From Verrucomicrobiota bacterium (GTDB lineage Bacteria; Verrucomicrobiota; Verrucomicrobiia; JABWAM01; JAHFSZ01): a stretch of DNA of 46,065 nt. The stretch lies in assembly GCA_023265515.1 (NCBI GenBank), contig JAHFSZ010000003.1, positions 22,889 to 68,953 of the forward strand, read 5' to 3'. Under the pieces are notes generated by a model. The model was not told the origin of the DNA, did not search any database, and saw only the letters and a list, made by a program, of their open reading frames with translations. A program made the translations under genes and the position numbers. This document shows, in pieces, positions 43,808 through 46,065 of this stretch; the stretch's first letter is position 1; the number at the start of each line of letters is the position of its first letter.

Positions 43808-46065
43808 ATGAGGAATAATTTGCTATGGCTATGCGGGCTGCTTCTCCTGGTAAGCCCGCTTCAGGCGGAAGTTTCCGACGCGGAGCAGAGCCTGTTCGAC
43901 AAGGGACAAAAGGCCCTTGAAGACACGCTTTATAGTGTTGCTGAGGTCTATTTCACCAACCTCCTGAGCCAATTTCCGCAGAGCGAGCTTCGAGCCGACG
44001 CCCAGCTCGGGCTGGCTCAGGCATTTTACTATGAGAAACGCTACAAGGATGCCGTGAAAATCCTGGAAACCGCCGCAAAGTCTCCCCCCAAAAAGCTCCA
44101 GGCCGAATGCCGTTTCTGGCTGGCGGAGACCTCCTCGAAGCTCGGCAGGACGGATGAGGCCGCAAAAGGTTTTGAGCAGCTCCTGGCTGAGTCGCCGATG
44201 GACAAGCGCGCCGACGACGCCCGATACAGCCTGGCATGGATCTACTCGCAGCAGAACCGGTTTGACGAGGCGACGGTGCTCCTGAAGACGGTCCAGAAAA
44301 ACGACCGCGCCGACCTGTCCGCGCGGGCCGCTCTCGGCCTGGCGATGATTCCGTATTTTCAAAAGAACCTCGACGAGGCCGAGAAAAACCTGAGCGCGGT
44401 CGCAAATAAATTTCCGAAGACTGCCGCCGCCGTTGAGGCGAAGAATCAGCTCGCCCAAATCGCGTTTGAGAGGGGAGACGAGGCGGTTGCCATCCAGCGC
44501 TATCAGGAGATTGCCGAGAGCGATCAGCCGGGCGCCGCGGAATTCGTGGAGGAAGCGCTGCTCCGGATCGGCGACATTTACGACAAGCAGAAAAAATATT
44601 CCGACGCGATGGTGGCGTACGAGCGCGCGTTTAAGAAGACCAAGTTCGAGGCGGTGAAAATGCAGGCGCTGGAGAAGTTTGTTTCCACGGCGGAAAAAAG
44701 CGACCGCGTTGATTTTGCCGCCGATAAATTGAAGGCATGGTCGGACGATTCGAAAAATCCCCTTTCCGACGATCTTTCGCTGGCTCTGGTCAAGTTGCTG
44801 CGGAAGGCGGCAAAGACTGAAAGAGCCTCGGCTGAGCTGGACAATTTCTTTGAGCGTTTTCCACAGAGCGAACTGACCGCGGAGGCTTTGCTCGAGCAGG
44901 GGGCTCTGTTGGAGCAGGGGGGCGCTCCGGAACAGGCGATGATGGTCTATCAGAAGGTTCCGAACGCAACCAAGGTTCCGGAACTGCAGGCCGAGGCCTA
45001 TTTCAAGATCGCGGCGATCCAGCGCGCCCAGGGAAACGCGGACGAGGCGGCAAAGACCTACCAGCGGGCAGCGGCACTCAAGGGCACCGACGACCTGGCA
45101 GTCCAGGCATGGTGGGAGAATGGCCAGGCGCAAATGAAGGCGCAGAATTGGGCGGCCGCGACGGCCACTTTCGACAAGCTGATCAAGAAGTTCCCGGACG
45201 ACCCGAGAGCGCGGGAGGCAAGGCTTCAAATCGCCGCCATTGCGTTCCAGCGCGGCCAATTTGATCAGGCGATTCAGGCTTATGGCGATTTCATCCAGAA
45301 GTACGGGAATGCCGACGCGCTGACGCCGCGCGCCCTCTTCGGGAAGATCCAGGCGCTCTCCCGCAAGCCGGACTGGAACGCACTGCTCGCGTCGTCGCAG
45401 GACTTTTTGCGCGATTTTCCGAGCCATGAGAGCGCGCCGCAGGTGAAGCTCTACCGGGGATTCGCGCTGGAGGGGATCGGAAAAGCGGATGAAGCGCTCA
45501 AGGAATTCGAAAATCTCGTCAAGGAGCACCCGAACACGGAAGCCGGCGCGATGGCCCAGATGCGCAGCGCCGAGCGCTACTTTTCTCGGAAGAATTATGC
45601 CAAGGCGCAGGAGCAATTCGCGCTGGTCGGCAAAAACTTTCCCAGCTCCTCGGTCGCTTCCGACGCGGCGTATTTCGCGGCCCTCTCGGCGTACAAATTC
45701 AAGCAGGACCTGAACGATGCCAAGAAACTTGCCGCCAAATACCTGGAGCTCTATCCAAACGGCACACACAGCTTCGAAGCGCGGATGCTGCAAGGCGACA
45801 TCCTGACCGAGCAGCAGGATTACGCCGGTGCGCTGGTGGTTTACGAAAACCTGATCGGAAGCACGGACCTTGCCAAGAGGCCGGACCTGACGCCCCTCTA
45901 TCTGAGCGCCATGGGCCGGAAAGGCGAGCTCCTTCGCATCCTCGAGAAGTACGACGGCGCGATCACCGCGTTCCAGTCGATCCTCGACTTGCCGAACGTC
46001 GACCTGGAAATGATTTACAACAGCGAGGTCCAAATCGCGCGATGTTACGAAAAGAAGGGCGACCG
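43808..46065 (+). CDS. Large exported multi-TPR protein (BamD/CpoB-like repeats), truncated by the window end
   Basis: Absent from the ORF track, presumably because no stop falls in the window. ATG 43808 gives MRNNLLWLCGLLLLVSPLQA (signal), then repeated 'FPQS..ADA...LA' TPR units; the same frame reads as TPR-like at the 3' edge (>750 codons). Confidence 0.88.
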   Translation, partial: MRNNLLWLCGLLLLVSPLQAEVSDAEQSLFDKGQKALEDTLYSVAEVYFTNLLSQFPQSELRADAQLGLAQAFYYEKRYKDAVKILETAAKSPPKKLQAECRFWLAETSSKLGRTDEAAKGFEQLLAESPMDKRADDARYSLAWIYSQQNRFDEATVLLKTVQKNDRADLSARAALGLAMIPYFQKNLDEAEKNLSAVANKFPKTAAAVEAKNQLAQIAFERGDEAVAIQRYQEIAESDQPGAAEFVEEALLRIGDIYDKQKKYSDAMVAYERAFKKTKFEAVKMQALEKFVSTAEKSDRVDFAADKLKAWSDDSKNPLSDDLSLALVKLLRKAAKTERASAELDNFFERFPQSELTAEALLEQGALLEQGGAPEQAMMVYQKVPNATKVPELQAEAYFKIAAIQRAQGNADEAAKTYQRAAALKGTDDLAVQAWWENGQAQMKAQNWAAATATFDKLIKKFPDDPRAREARLQIAAIAFQRGQFDQAIQAYGDFIQKYGNADALTPRALFGKIQALSRKPDWNALLASSQDFLRDFPSHESAPQVKLYRGFALEGIGKADEALKEFENLVKEHPNTEAGAMAQMRSAERYFSRKNYAKAQEQFALVGKNFPSSSVASDAAYFAALSAYKFKQDLNDAKKLAAKYLELYPNGTHSFEARMLQGDILTEQQDYAGALVVYENLIGSTDLAKRPDLTPLYLSAMGRKGELLRILEKYDGAITAFQSILDLPNVDLEMIYNSEVQIARCYEKKGD

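Noticed and set aside
43829-46033. 734-aa minus-strand ORF
   Set aside because: Shadow of the plus-strand TPR gene starting at 43808.

Overview
GC-rich bacterial chromosomal window, most likely from the PVC superphylum (Verrucomicrobiota-like). That assignment is an inference from the long PVC-type LepB, a short C-terminal 'SPY..VDV..CPxTGKIFxVP' lipoprotein and a TGS-less ThrRS. It is mostly core genome: four tRNAs (Arg-ACG, Lys-CTT, Leu-CAA, Phe-GAA), thrS-infC-rpmI-rplT-pheS-(lipoprotein)-pheT followed by a 6S RNA, prs, bioB plus an MMPL transporter, a GH57 enzyme, rpe-lepA-lepB, gltX-pgsA-der, a Na+/H+ antiporter-like gene, uvrA, and a large TPR protein that runs off the right edge. Two things stand out. 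(1) At 23.6-30.1 kb there is a co-oriented candidate trans-envelope signalling cluster: a passenger-less autotransporter-like beta-barrel, a secreted FecR-domain protein, a secreted caspase-fold (C14-like) protein with His/Cys dyad, a CHASE2 adenylate cyclase, and an M50-CBS intramembrane protease. (2) A dispersed set of intergenic inverted repeats is built from 7-nt periodic units, and two of them (11.5 kb and 43.7 kb) are clearly copies of the same element. Smaller oddities are a eukaryote-type UGPase lacking its C-terminal domain, a tRNA-Lys 3'-end duplication bracketing a ~125-bp palindrome, a tRNA-Phe with covarying non-canonical elbow bases, an ATT-start infC, and an anthrax-LF-like zinc protease behind an AT-rich patch next to tRNA-Leu. 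No CRISPR array, transposase, integrase or prophage gene was seen. All family calls are from motif recognition by eye; no database search was run.
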